Shown here in pieces: positions 1 through 12,624 of a stretch of DNA of 64,000 nt. Position 1 is the stretch's first letter; each line of letters opens with the position of its first letter. The notes below the pieces were generated by a model that did no database searches, was not told where the DNA came from, and saw nothing but the letters and a program-made list of their open reading frames with translations. Origin of the DNA: Plasmodiophora brassicae. Its lineage: Eukaryota. The stretch spans positions 496,001 to 560,000 of the forward strand of contig CP145417.1 in NCBI GenBank assembly GCA_036867785.1, written 5' to 3'. The position numbers and the translations under genes were made by a program.

Positions 1-1
1 A

Positions 2-1231
2 ATGAAAGTCGAAACGAGTAAGGGCTGTTGAGGTGTACTCGAGGGTGCCCGTTTCCAAACGTTCCTGTAGGGAGCGTTCGCCAAGTTTCGTCAGTGCCTG
101 TTCCAGCTCCTGTACCCGAACCTGTAGAACCAGCTGCAAGAAGCCCTATTGCTGTCAAGCAAGAACAGGGACCTATTGTCAGCGAAGAGCAGGAACCCAT
201 TGTCAGCGAAGAGCAGGAACCTGTTTTCCAGGAAAATCAAGACCCTCCTGCACCTGTAGCGGTCAGACAAGAGCTTTCTGTAACGACGTCGGGTCATGTT
301 GAGGACAGGATGGAAGAGGACCATTTTACAGCGATACCTACCGAAACAGCTCCGTATGTTGACATCATGTTATTTAGCCGTCTGAAAGGATGCTCATCAT
401 TGCTGGGCAGGCCATCTTGCATATCGGTCGCTTTTGTTTGCCACTCGAATCTCAACCGAAGTATGGAAGCGCATCATGTGTGCCGCCTTGCCGACCCGTT
501 TGGGAACCAAGGAGCGACTCTGTTTAGCTTCGGAGCCGTTCGTTGCACGCCGATAAATCTGGAAAGCTTTCACTGACAAGTGCACGTAGGGTGGGCGGGT
601 GAATCTTCCTGTGCCTGTGGCATCCGCAGCCATGTCTTTCGAGTTCGGATCAGCAACATACTTAGACATGTTCAACTACCTTTCCACCTCTGACAACGAA
701 GAGTTTTACCGCAAGATGGGCGTTCTTGACATGCTCCAACGAAACATGGGTGTGAAGGAAATGCCAGAACGGTATGTTTGGCTACTCAGTATTTGTCTGG
801 GTCCTACTCAGTTTCCCGTTCAGCTGGCAACTTGAAGGTCGACACTTCGATCTGATTGTCTCGTTTGAGCTACGAATATTCGGTAAGTGAAAATTGTTCG
901 CAAAGCATTGCCCATGGGCTGACTGCGTATCTATCACCCAGATATCATCCTTGAGGATCTTGATCAGCGCTCCCCGAAGCAGGGCCGCGTGGCCCACATC
1001 ATTAACATCGAGACAGTGGACAACTTCGCCGCGGCCAAGGTTGGCGGTGAGCACGCCTTGAAGCTTCTAGCTATGGTACGCTTTTGAGGCGTCGAAGACT
1101 CCATCGTTCCCGTTCCTAACACCGCGCATCTCTAGGTCCAGCAGTCATCCGATTGGGAGAACGATCTTCCTTCAATCCTCACTGAGCTCGAATCGTCGGC
1201 ATCCATCCAGCACGCGGTCATGTTCTATTAA
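2..1231 (+). CDS. SSU72: Ssu72-like RNA polymerase II CTD phosphatase with Pro/Glu-rich N-terminal extension (multi-exon; may start upstream of window)
   Basis: Catalytic motif VCHSNLNRSMEAH. Splicing short GT-AG introns (18-70, 354-410, 538-589, ~772-823, ~883-941, ~1076-1135) gives GGRVNLP, MGVLDMLQRN..VKEMPERWQ, FDLIVSFELRIF and ends VMFY* at 1231. Confidence 0.85.
163..234 (+). repeat. Coding 24-bp tandem repeat, about 3 copies (EQGPIVSE/EQEPIVSE/EQEPVFQE)
   Basis: gaacagggacctattgtcagcgaa / gagcaggaacccattgtcagcgaa / gagcaggaacctgttttccaggaa. Confidence 0.8.
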
Positions 1232-1481
1232 AGCTCTAGATTGTATCGCAGCAGCTGTTGGTCTGCTCCAAGTACCGTGAATTCAGCGACAGTTAACAAC
1301 TGCGGCTGTCAGGGCCTGCCAAACCGCCCCGTATCAAAGCAGAAGTGGTGATGCGGTGTGCGCCTTGCTGCAGTGTCCGCCCGCGGTCGTCAGATCGTGA
1401 ATTTGCAAAATCCTTTTGCGGGTGGGTGCCGATCGATTTGGCGCGGGAGACCCCGCGACTTTCCCGACTGGCAGAGCCGCC

Positions 1482-3689
1482 ATGACGACAGCGCTGTTAA
1501 TTGGCGTCGTCGGGTCGGGCCCTGCTCCCGACCTGTCGGGTGCGTCGCGAGGGATTTCCGCTCTCGTGGGGCAAGCAGGGCCGGACGTCGCCTGCTCGTA
1601 TATATTCTGGCCCGCTGCGACTCTGCGGCGTCGCCGCTCGAAACCGGTCGCCCTTGATGCTGCTGCCGAGATCGGCGAAACAATCTGCTCTGCATGGCCT
1701 GCGGCGAATTCGTCCAAATCGTCTCTGCTCGAGTTGCTCGCAGCTTTGCCTGACCTCATATCTGCACATGCGGTCGCCGTTGTTATTGGCGATGCGCCCC
1801 GTACGACATTGACGACGGCATGTTCTCGCGCGTTACGCGTTCTCTTGCTGGGCCTAAAGCAAACGCGTCTCATTTGGCTTGACACGGCCGGCGATCCTCC
1901 GAAATCTGGGACGGTCGCTTTCGGCAGGGCGCTTGCGAGAGCGGGTGCCGCCTTGATCGTTCCGGGGCAACTGAAAACCCATTTGCGCTCGTTCCGGGTG
2001 TCAACTATGCCGCTGCTGCCGCCGACGACCCAGACGATTGTCAAGGCTGCCCTGGTCTGGCCTGGGTCACCTGCCGTTAGCGTTGCCGCGTTCAACATTA
2101 AAGGCCGTCTCACTGCGACCAGCACGTTCGGCCTTGGAGAATGTCGTCGCGCGTTGTTGCTCGATATGGACGAGGCGCTGGACGCGCCTGCATCCTGGAT
2201 CTTCTTACGCAAGGCACATGCAGGCCTCGCTTGCGCGACTCGAGACAACCGCGTTGCCCTGATTCAGACTTGCGGTGGTGAGCACGCTCTACTGTTCCCC
2301 ATCACGAATGCAATGTTCTGCGTATTCCGAATTGGACATGAAACCCTGTCGCGACTTCGCCAGTGTATACGTGAAGTGCCTCTGACTGATGATGGAGTTG
2401 AAGCTGTCGTCGAACCTCTTGACATCTGGGGTCACCCGTCTCCTTCTCAGGGTGATGAACGCACTGAGTTCCATGGGGAGCTCATCAGCGGACCCGTTCG
2501 AGAGTGGGATGCCCAGGTGAAATTGGACTGGGAAACACTTGACTCAGGCCAGGACCCTGTGGCTGAACGCTTACAGGCACTTCGCGATCTTCATAAGCGA
2601 AAAATGGCCGGCGATCCTGTCGATTCTGTTGCTGACGTCACAAATGCCGATGTCGCTGTTGATAATCCATTGCAGTCGTGGACTAAAGACATTCTAGATG
2701 GGACCATCGACATGGCTGATGCCTCAAGGACGCTGAAAGCTGTCGAACGCTCGTTCCAGTCTACACGAGGCATCGACCGACAAGCCTGTCGACAGATCGT
2801 GCTCCAATCCCTTTACCGAATTCTCGACGGGTCATGCAGCGGGACGGATCGACTTCAGTTCCTGAAGCTCCAAATCATCTGCGACTTCGAGGTCGCCAGG
2901 CTCACGGAATCACCTGATCCGATGGTCGCTGTTACCGGCCTGAAGCGTAGGGCCGCCATGCTCGCGGTCCTACTGTCAGATGCCCCGCACGATTCTCTGC
3001 GAACGTTCCTTGGCCAAGTCATCTATAAGCAGTACGGAGCGCTGTTCCCACTTACGCTCCTGGACATCTACGAAGACCTCGACGTTCGGCCCCCGACATT
3101 GCTGGGAGCGCCAGTGTCTGAGGACGACTCCATTCCTTCAACGCTCCGTGTTTCAACGCCTCGTCTTGACTCTCTCGAAGACGAGTTCGTACCAACTGCC
3201 GAGTTCCGTTTGTCATCGCCACGCCGACGGAGCTCAGTTGATGATGGGTCCACGCTACTTGACATGATCTCCAACGAGGGGTCGCTCAAGCGGCGCCGAA
3301 CCATCAGTGGTCACATTGCGAGCCTCAGCCGGGCCGATAGTCAAGTTCGGTGGAGTCGGTCGTTTACCGATCGAGAAAGCAAGCGCCGCAGATCAGAGGG
3401 GCGCTCTCAGCATCGTGACAACAGTGACTTGTCGCAGCAGCGAACCCATGTGTTGGTCGAAGCATCACCTTCGCGAATGGAGGCCGGCGGTCTGTTCTCC
3501 CCGCGAAGGACAGCGGTCCTGTCTTCACTGGGATTGTCTGTTACTGAATCGCCGCAGGTTGCATCTTCGTCCCGTTCGCTGCACAATCTGACGTCACCAA
3601 GGAGACGATCCTCAATGAGCGCCTGCCCCACAGTTCATCGTGTGTTGAGGTTTGACGACGACGATGACACTGTGATTCCACCGCGATAG
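1482..3689 (+). CDS. Treslin/TICRR/Sld3-like DNA replication initiation factor
   Basis: Intronless ORF, likely ATG at 1482. LKLQIICDFE and FLGQVIYKQYGALFPLTLLDIYEDL resemble the Sld3-Treslin domain. Disordered tail has VLVEASP and VTESP CDK-type sites. Confidence 0.6.
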   Translation: MTTALLIGVVGSGPAPDLSGASRGISALVGQAGPDVACSYIFWPAATLRRRRSKPVALDAAAEIGETICSAWPAANSSKSSLLELLAALPDLISAHAVAVVIGDAPRTTLTTACSRALRVLLLGLKQTRLIWLDTAGDPPKSGTVAFGRALARAGAALIVPGQLKTHLRSFRVSTMPLLPPTTQTIVKAALVWPGSPAVSVAAFNIKGRLTATSTFGLGECRRALLLDMDEALDAPASWIFLRKAHAGLACATRDNRVALIQTCGGEHALLFPITNAMFCVFRIGHETLSRLRQCIREVPLTDDGVEAVVEPLDIWGHPSPSQGDERTEFHGELISGPVREWDAQVKLDWETLDSGQDPVAERLQALRDLHKRKMAGDPVDSVADVTNADVAVDNPLQSWTKDILDGTIDMADASRTLKAVERSFQSTRGIDRQACRQIVLQSLYRILDGSCSGTDRLQFLKLQIICDFEVARLTESPDPMVAVTGLKRRAAMLAVLLSDAPHDSLRTFLGQVIYKQYGALFPLTLLDIYEDLDVRPPTLLGAPVSEDDSIPSTLRVSTPRLDSLEDEFVPTAEFRLSSPRRRSSVDDGSTLLDMISNEGSLKRRRTISGHIASLSRADSQVRWSRSFTDRESKRRRSEGRSQHRDNSDLSQQRTHVLVEASPSRMEAGGLFSPRRTAVLSSLGLSVTESPQVASSSRSLHNLTSPRRRSSMSACPTVHRVLRFDDDDDTVIPPR

Positions 3690-3765
3690 CGTACGCAACG
3701 ACAAGCAAGCAACGTACAATACAGTTAATATATTCCGTTACGTCTTGGTCGACCAACGTAGGGTT

Positions 3766-4083
3766 TCAAACCGGGTTCTTCCTCGGACCGTCGTATTCCA
3801 TGCGGTAAGAAAAACGTCGCCGAATCCAACATCCCAACATGACCGACGGCATCACAGTCGCGGTGAAGAATCTATATGTATCCCAATCATGACTCGAACG
3901 CAGCCAACACGCAGGCAATAGCCTGGCGATGACGTTAACGTCACCGACGGCTGCGGCCTCAAGGAATTGGGGCACGACACTAACACTGGTCGCGCCAATG
4001 ACGAGAAAACCTCGACAACTATTGGCCCAACCGAATCTCATGCCGGCATGCTCTCTACCAATGACGGCTAGGCGCAACACCAT
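3766..4083 (-). CDS. Small hypothetical membrane protein, probably spliced
   Basis: ATG-initiated ORF with two hydrophobic segments and plausible short introns; no recognised family. Confidence 0.3.
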   Translation of the reverse strand: MVLRLAVIGREHAGMRFGWANSCRGFLVIGATSVSVVPQFLEAAAVGDVNVIARLLPACWLRSSHDWDTYRFFTATVMPSVMLGCWIRRRFSYRMEYDGPRKNPV

Positions 4084-4338
4084 CGGTAGCCAAGGGAAAC
4101 CTTAGCTGGAGTGCCCATTGGTTGCCAACTCACTGGACTGCAACGTTCGATCCTTCACGGTACAAGATATCGAAGGCAATCGCATGTCATCGCAGCCGAC
4201 CGCCGTCGAAATCCCTGACCTCGAAACCCGAACACAAGCAACGCATCAATGCGGTGCGCCTGGCCTTGGGATCTCCTCGGTGTGGGCGGCAGCCCGCACG
4301 GAGTCCGCAAGGCATTTTAGGGCTCTGTCCCATATAGT

Positions 4339-5826
4339 TTATCTGTCGCGATGATTGCCCATCGCAGAAGCTGCATTGGCAAGCGCTTGCAGTGTTTTCG
4401 TCGCGACGGCAGTGTAACACGACGCAGGAACTTGCGTCGTGAGTAACAGGTGCAGAGTCGAATTGTCTGAACCCGTCAGGGAATACGCAACGGTGCCATC
4501 CTGCATGCGTTAGGGTGCGACGAGTCGGTTCAGTCGGAACGGACTGCTGCCGTACCTGTGATATCGAGATCATCTCAGGAACACGGATGTGCGGTCCAAC
4601 GTTGCTATTGTGTAGCTCACTTTCCGACGCGAAGTTGGACTGCATCTGCAGCAACGTCGCCTGATGTGAGCCGTTCAGACTTCTGTCGGGCCCAGTCCAC
4701 GTGGCGACGCGTTTGCCCTCGTGAACAAACATAAACCTGGCATGATTTTGTCAGAGTGCTGATATTAGATCGACACTTATTCGATACGCTTTGATTCCCG
4801 GGTCAAGGGTGGGGTGTTCGGTGAGATCAACCTTCACGCCGGACGCGGCTCCCGTGGCACGCTCCACGTTTGCATCTTGAGGCATCACAATGACCAGGCG
4901 ATGTATTTCCCCGACAGGTGCCACTGTAAGCCGTGTTGCGGATACCTGATCGTGTATGGCTTCAGTGCCGTCCTCGTCCATCCACTATGGACGTTACCGG
5001 CAAGGTCGGTTGTTGCGGATCGGGCACGAACACGTCCGTGTCAGCCAGTACTGACGAATCCAGACATGACGCCAACTGGATCAGACTCCAGGCATCTTGA
5101 GGGCGCATAGCCCACCAAGACGGCGTGCATTGTGCAACTGAGCCGTCAACATCAATGATCGCCGCCCGCCCACCCGGAATCCCTTCAACCGCTTTCGCAA
5201 GCACCTAATCCATTCCCATAATGGATACATAGCCCGAGGTGGGCATAAGACGCAAGCCGACCTGGTCGAATGCCGTTGGTGGTGGACGAAGATCGATACG
5301 AGGCAGACCCAGCATGGCAACGGAAGGTGCCCCGTCGACGATCACCTTCGACAGAACCGGGACGACCTTCTATCGGATCATGCGGTGCTATGAGCTTGCG
5401 AGACGGGCGCGACGTCATGCATCCACTGTCACCTTGGCCCTGTGCCTCGTTTGCTGTGTGGTCAGCCCGGCTGCCCACCCGGGCCCATTCATGGTATCCA
5501 GCAGCGATGATACCGATCGTAACAGGCTTTCCGCCAACTTCTGCGGCAGGCCTGATGTCGCTGCGAACATCACCTGTAGAGGACGTCGTCAGTTGAACGG
5601 TCATCGCCCGGCATATCGATCCTCTGACAATGTCGCCTGATTTCGCATATGAAATCAGGGCGGTGTCCGTTTCAATGTGGGTGATGTCGGCCCCGGCCAC
5701 GCCCGCTGACGTTTGTAGAGCGCTCAGGACGCCTTCGACCGCGAACGATGTCTCGACACCGTCGCTGGACGCTTGGCAGAGAGGCAGCCCACCGCTGGAG
5801 AGCAACGAGACCCAGGCGCACACCAT
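4339..5826 (-). CDS. FUZ: Fuzzy-like tri-longin protein (CPLANE/ciliogenesis), multi-exon
   Basis: N-terminal VSLLSSGGLPL..FAVEGVLSAL, middle VAQCTPSWWAM and C-terminal LHLLLTTQVPASCYTAVATKTLQAL resemble the corresponding Fuzzy segments. Stop at 4339. Confidence 0.65.
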
Positions 5827-5865
5827 CGACGTCAACGAGGCCGCTCCCCGACTGTCTGTCCTCTC

Positions 5866-7078
5866 ATGGCGACAACAGGACGCGCGGTGACCGCCGCCGT
5901 CGTCCTTGTTCTCGTGTCGATGATGATCGTCCAGAACGCCGTCCTGTTCCGGTCGTGTGGCAGTACCTCATGGTTCAACGAGTCACCGGAGCCAGGTCCT
6001 CGTGCCGCCCTGCTCAGGACCGACCGCGGCACCCAGCGATACGTCCTCCTCTGTGTCGACTCGACGCCTCGATACATGTTCTGGTTGCCGTTCACCGCCA
6101 TCACCTGGCTGACCAGGCAGAAGTTCATCCCAGTGTTCGTTCGCCCAGACGGACTCCCCCGCCGACGGCATCTGACGCATTGCAGAATCTTTATAATCTA
6201 CAACGATGACCAGGGCCTGGCAACGCACGTGGAGATCGTCAGGCGCTGCCTGCGGTCGCTGGGTGTCGATCACGTATTCCTGGTGAGGTCGGACAGATCA
6301 GATCAGACGCGAATGACGCAGCACGCGCGCCTGTACGCTGCCATGCTGCCCTTGTTCCACAGCTCGGACTGGATCGTCACCAGTGATGCCGACCTGCTGC
6401 CGGTCGCTATCGGCAATGGCGACTACTACGCCGCCAACGGGTCGCAGGCGATCTGGCTGACCGACCTGGCAGAGTTCGACTTTTACGACGACATCCACGG
6501 GCACGTCTTCAAGCAGTGGCCCTTGTGCAACATCGGGATGACAGCGGCCGCCTGGCGACGGGTCATGTAAGTCCCAGCTGAACAGCGCACGTATGCCTCT
6601 GTATGTCAACTTGTACAGGCGGTACTCGCCTGTCGCGTCAGCGGACGACTTCCTCGCCATTGTGCCGCAAGTCATTGTTGAGGATCTAATGACAATGATG
6701 GGGTACCGAGGCAAGGTCGGGCACGTGGCCGGCGCGGAAGATTCCTGGTTCTGGGACCAGCAGATGTTCAGCCTGCGTTTGCATGCGGCCGTGGCATCAG
6801 GGTGCATTATCTGGGAGCGGGATGTGGCCGTGACGAAGCGGACGAACGCGAACCGAATCGACAGGATCGGGTGGCCATCTGAGCCACTGACCGCACGGGA
6901 AATCGACACCAAGTTCGACGCGCACCTGCCCCGGATCCCAGATCAGGCACCGACCTATGTGGACCTGTTCGCCAGGACCGAATGGTTGCTCGTCCATGTC
7001 CTGAACGACGACGAACCAGCCCTATCCACGCTGAGAACATTCACAGAACAATTCCAGGACGCAACCGCATCACCGTAA
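5866..7078 (+). CDS. Type II membrane protein, putative GT-A glycosyltransferase-like
   Basis: N-terminal TM AVTAAVVLVLVSMMIV; motifs QHARLYAA and IVTSDADLLP (DxD), W..DQ near the C-terminus; short introns. Confidence 0.55.
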
Positions 7079-7384
7079 ACGCTACGGATTGGCCTGAACG
7101 AAACCCCATTGGTAACAGGGGCCGTTCGCAAACGTTGTGAGTCTCAGGGAGCTTCCCCGGAGTAGGAAGGCGACGACGCACGGCCAGTCGTGCCGGGGCG
7201 CAAAAATGGTCCCGCCGGTCACGTCCAGCGACGACGCGGCGTTGTTTTGGACGAACAAATGAGAGGCTCAGATCGTTGAAGTCCGCAGGCGGACGAGAGA
7301 CCACGTCGAAAGGGGTAACGCCATTGGCGACAGGCAGGCACCGCGGCAGCCCGACCGCTGACTGGACCGGATACCATCAGCGGC

Positions 7385-10300
7385 ATGGCCAGCGTCTTGG
7401 ATGCGCTCAACGGGCGCTGCATGTTCATCACCGGGTCCACCGGGTTCGTCGGCAAGGTCTTCCTCGAGAAACTCCTCAGATGCGTCCCTGGGTACGGGCG
7501 AGCACTCTAGTGTGGGGTGGTGCCCGTTTTAATATCCCTGTACAGGATCCGCACGATCTACCTGCTGGTTCGACCTGGCAAAGGATGCTCAGCAAAGCAA
7601 CGGTTCCGGAACGAGGTCCTGTCGTCTCATGTGTTTTCCAGGCTTCGTAGCGAGATTGGCGATGCCGAATTCGAACGCCTTGCCGATGAGAAGCTCGTCG
7701 TCGTTTCTGGCGACCTGACTCAAAAGTGCTTGGGTAACGTAAAGCGGTTGTCAGCATCGCCATCCGTTCATGACTGAGGGTGTTCGATCATCCAGGTATA
7801 TCCGAGGCTGAACTTGCCGAACTGAGGGAGCGGCTCAACGTAATCTATCATGTCGCCGCATCTATCGAGTTCAACTTGCGCCTGGACATGGCCGCTGAGA
7901 TGAACGTGTACGGCACAATGCGCGTCTTCGACCTGGCGGATTCGTGTGCGCATCTGGAGGCCGTCATCCACATATCCACTGCCTACACGAATTGCACACA
8001 GAGCGGTGTCGTTCAAGAGGTCCTGTATCCTTGCTCGTTCGACATACCAGCCATGCTGGCAACGATTTCGCGGCTGAGCAACCGTGAGCTCCAGAAGGTC
8101 ACTGTCGATGGCCTGATCGGGGACTGGCCAAACACGTACACGTTTACCAAGTTCATTGCCGAGCATATGATTGCTAAGCGTTGCAAAGGCGCGCGCTACG
8201 CCACAGCTATCGTCCGCCCGACAATTATAGCAGGGGCCTGGCTTGAACCCTTCCCGGGATGGGTCGATGTCATCTCTGCTGCTGGTGCCATCTTCGTAAC
8301 GGTCGGTTTGGGCCTCGTCACCGCTCTTCCAGGTGTGCCGTCTATCAAATGGGGTCCGCTGGATTTGTGTCTGACTGTGTTTCTAGGCAAGGCGACTCAT
8401 ATCGGCGACGTCGTTCCAGTTGATTTCGTTGTGAACGGCATGCTCGTCGCTCTTCCTGGGGCTCTGTCGCACCCCGACCGATTCTTCATTTGCCAAGTCG
8501 CTGCGTCTTCCATCAAGCCTTGGCGATGGCAGAACGCCATCGATTGTGTACGTGTAATGGGGCGTCCTGCGAGTAGTTATCAGTACTGATGTCTCGAGTA
8601 CAGCTGCCTGCGTTCTGGATGTCGCACCCTTCGGCGCACACCATCGGCCCTGTCAAGTTTTCAATGGTTTCGAACCCGACATTGTACGACATGCACATGT
8701 TGGCCAGATATGCTCTGCCATCTGCAATCCTGAATGCTGTGGCCCTGGTCGGCACTGCTGCCCAGAAACGGAAAGCGGCACAGTTTCAGAAGGTGATCGT
8801 GAAGGTCAACGCCCTTGTTGATGCGTTCCGCTATTTCACCGAACGTGAATGGCAATTCGAATTCAAGAACCTGGTCCCAGTTGCCGCCTCACTCCCGCCT
8901 GAAGAACAACGTGTGTTCTGGCTGGACATCAGCGAACTCGACTACACGCAGTTCATGCGAAGTTTCTCGTCAGCGCTCTACGTTTCTTGTTGATGTTTCT
9001 GCTTGAAGCCTCTGACACGTACCATAGGTATGGCCTAATTCGCTTTGTCCTCAAGGAAGACCTGATTGACCTTGGTAACCCTTTGGTTACAAAGACCGTC
9101 TGCCTGCATGAGACGACAGCACCGGAACCTGGAATCTTGTCCAGAATCATGCCTGGTGTCGCATGGTCCAGGCAACAAATTCGTCGGAACGGATCGGTCG
9201 ATGGCCCTACGTTGGGCCAAATGAAAGCGTCTGTGCTGGCGTCTCCGAGGATTCAGGACATCTTGGCGAAACAGGTGGAGCGTCAGCAAGAGAGGTCGAT
9301 GGAGGACGCGATGCAGCACGCCGCATCTATGCTCGAGGTTATGATCGGTGAAACGAAGCCGAGTGTGATTACTGGCATGGCGGTCACTATTCGTCGACTC
9401 TTGAAACGTCTGTACAGCAGTGTACTCGTTAACCAAGAGGGTGTGGATGGCGTCAAGCAGGCGTTATCGTCACGCGCAGGCGAAATCCCACTCATCTACG
9501 TGCCAACCCATCGATCGTACATGGACTTCCTTCTCGTGTCCTACATATGCTTTGTCTATAACCTGCCAGTTCCCTATATTGCTGCCGGAAACGACTTCTT
9601 GGACGTTGCCGTTGTCAACTGGCTGTTTCGTCATTCTGGCGCTTTCTTCATTCGTCGATCATTCGCCGGCGATGTACTGTACAAGGCATTGTTTGAGGAG
9701 TATATTCGGCAGCTTCTTTGCATGGGTACAGTCTCAGTCCAGGTTTGAGCGATTTTGTACTCTGACATCAGTATGCAGGCAAGTCTATTGAGTTTTACAT
9801 TGAAGGTGGGCGCAGTCGCAGTGGCAAGATGCTTCAGCCGCGTCTCGGTATTCTTCAATCAGTCGTACAAACTGTTCTCAATGGGGACGTCCGCGATGCC
9901 CTTGTTGTACCGATATCGATCAACTACGAGAAGACCTTGGAAGCGTCTGCGTTCTCCAACGAACTCCATGGGAACTCCAAAATCAAGGAGACGTTGAGGA
10001 ATCTGGTGGGCGCGACTTCTTCGGTCCTGACTTCTAAGTACGCTACGCTCAAATACTGTGTCGTGTTATGCAGCAAGCTCATACGTCTGCGGTATCTGTA
10101 GGTTTGGTCGGGTTTCCATTCGCATCGGCGAACCTCAATCCATTGTCGAGTTCGCTAATGGTCGCAAGTGCGTGCGTACCGTGAATCGGGCATTAGCGTA
10201 CAGCGTCAGCTTTACGCTTCAGTCTTTGTGCGAGATCATGCCGACACATATGGTCGCGACCCTCCTGCTCATGTTCCGGAGAGGCATTTCTCGGGCGCAG

Positions 10301-11442
10301 CTCGTCTCAAAGCTTGACTGGCTACGCCGTGAAATTCTGACACGTGGCGGTCGTGTCATCCTGTTCGAGACGCAGAAGCTCGACTGGATCGTTGCTCAAT
10401 CCCTGGAATTGCTTCGCGATGTTGTTGAGGAAAAACGTCAGAACTTCTTCGAAGCCAAGATTTGGCAACCAGGTTGGTCACATTATCCCTCAATGCATAT
10501 AGCTGAGTGTAGGTTTATTCTAACGGGGGGCGTTTCGTTCTCACAGGAGACTACCCAAATCTGTTACTTCTGGGGCATTACCGAAACAAGCTCTTCCACG
10601 TCTTTTTCCGGGAGTCCATTTGGGCATGCGCTCTCCACTCCATTGGGCTGGATAACGCTGATGGCGTTAGTCGCGATGCATTGTTTGACTCCACTGCGTT
10701 CCTGTTTAAGCTCCTGAAACGGGAAGTACTTAATGGACCGGATCCCGACGGTGCTGAAGACTTCGAGTCCAGCTTCCAGGAAATGATCAGCAGAGGCGTA
10801 TTCACTCTACTTCCGAATGGCCACGTTGAGATCGCTTCCGAATCCATGTTTTCCTTCCTCTGCGCATTGTGCTGGCCGTTCATCGACAGTTACTATGCCA
10901 CTGGATTGCTGCTGCACACGCTGGAAGGCCCTGTCGAAGAAAGCCAGGTCTTGCATCGTACGCAATGGCTGGCGACGACACTGTACCATGAGTCTATCAT
11001 CTGTTTCTACGAGAGCTGTTCCAGCGACACGCTTCGGAACGCGTTGACGACGTTCCAGGAGGAGTTTGGCGTGGCTTGTCGCACAAAGCAAGTTTTCGCT
11101 GATGGCCAGTCATCAAAAGGCGCGCGAGCGAAACCGGCAGCGTCGACCACCCAATCGACTCCTGTGATCAAGACCGAAATCAGCCTGACATCCAAGTTTC
11201 AGGTACGTATCGCTTGATGCGTTTCTATTCATGAAGGTGCTTATGTTATGGGTTCTAACGCAGGATGGTGAGCTTCTGCAACAGCTTATTCACCGTATCG
11301 ATCTGGTTCGCAAGCGTCCTCCTGTCACCAGGTCGGTTTATCGTTCCGAGGTATTCCTAACGCCATCTTTAACTCATTGAGGTCCAGGTCATCACTACGA
11401 CGAGCCATGATCGCTGAAATCCCTCTACTTGCCAAGCTATGA
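7385..11442 (+). CDS. Bifunctional fatty acyl-CoA reductase / glycerone-phosphate O-acyltransferase (FARAT), peroxisomal
   Basis: FAR motifs ITGSTGFVGKV, HISTAY, WPNTYTFTK, RPTII. Acyltransferase motifs PTHRSYMDF, GAFFIRR, IEGGRSRSG. C-terminus PLLAKL* (PTS1). Many short introns. Confidence 0.85.
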
Positions 11443-11508
11443 TCCATATACGATTGCATATATCATCCGCGCCAAGGCGCGTGAAAACAGCCGTTTGTCT
11501 GCTTGAGA

Positions 11509-12260
11509 ATGAGGAATATGTTATAGGTTCGCCTGCCCACGTCTAGGGCTGGGTTCGCTGTCTCAACGTCCCAGGTTGTCGTGTTTTCGGATGAACGGCT
11601 CGACTTTCAGGTCGTCCTGGAAGATCACCATGTGGTCTGGCGGGAGCAGTTCAGCGTGTATATCCATGACACTCTGGTGGAATGAACAGCCGGGGCGTAC
11701 CTTCATCGGGAGCACCGGATTTCACCACGTCTCGATCTGTTATGCTCATTGTTACCTGTAACATCGCGACTCTCTTCGTTGTCACCAAGCACGCTTACAA
11801 AAGACGATGGCAGCAACTACGATGATGAACGTGTATACCACCTGGAATCCCACGTACTGTGCAAGCCACCGTCAAAATCACACTGGCTCACAACGCTCAA
11901 TGTGGCTGGGGACCAACAGAAATCAGGTAGTACTGTGTGATATCCTGGCATAAAGTGACCTGGTCAGCAGGTGCCGTCTGCACAACGGTTAGAATGCTGT
12001 ACGGCATGTCGTCTACATTGCACACCTACCGAACAATACATGTCGATTGTGTCGTATGAGGCGACTACGAACACGATCGACACGATGATCGACAGGAGCA
12101 GGTATAAGATGAACCGTCTTAGGGTGGTCCGGTCTAATTTGTTGGCTCCATAGAACCCTGTTCAGCACTGATGCGCTCAGCGGCTTGCACAAATTGGTCA
12201 AATTCGCCCACGAGACCTTCCAGCGCGAATACGACGCCCAGAACGCCCTGCGCCAGTGAT
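11509..12260 (+). CDS. Hypothetical spliced protein
   Basis: Exon-like segments separated by GT..AG gaps, ending FQREYDAQNALRQ*; exon structure and start uncertain. Confidence 0.3.
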
Positions 12261-12624
12261 ATGATTCCTCTGCGCACTCAATGTCGTCGAACCGGACGTC
12301 ATCCAGCGGATATCCATACATACCTGCCCGACAGGCTGATGATCAGCGATCCAACCTACCAGGTGCATGAGCACATTCAGTTCCTGGATCGCGATCGTCG
12401 ACGGTTGTCCATACAAGGTATGTCATGCAGAACAGTTTCAGGCATCTGCGAATGTGCGATTTCAGCCGGGTAAAAGAACGATTCCTAGGTCTTCCTACAG
12501 GCTGCTTGGGAGCGGTGCCGATAGCACCGAGGACGACGTGATATTCCGGTCCCGATCCATGGCCTTGACCGGAGCGCGTGCCTGCTTGTGACGCATCATT
12601 AACGACAGCAAGCTCAGTTTCGTC

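Noticed and set aside
1334-2248. 304-aa antisense ORF, and similar shadow ORFs over GC-rich genes
   Set aside because: Antisense to better-supported genes, with low-complexity Arg/Ala-rich translations.
12013-12321. Minus-strand Trp-rich ORF
   Set aside because: Plus-strand splice signals explain the region at least as well; no motif support.
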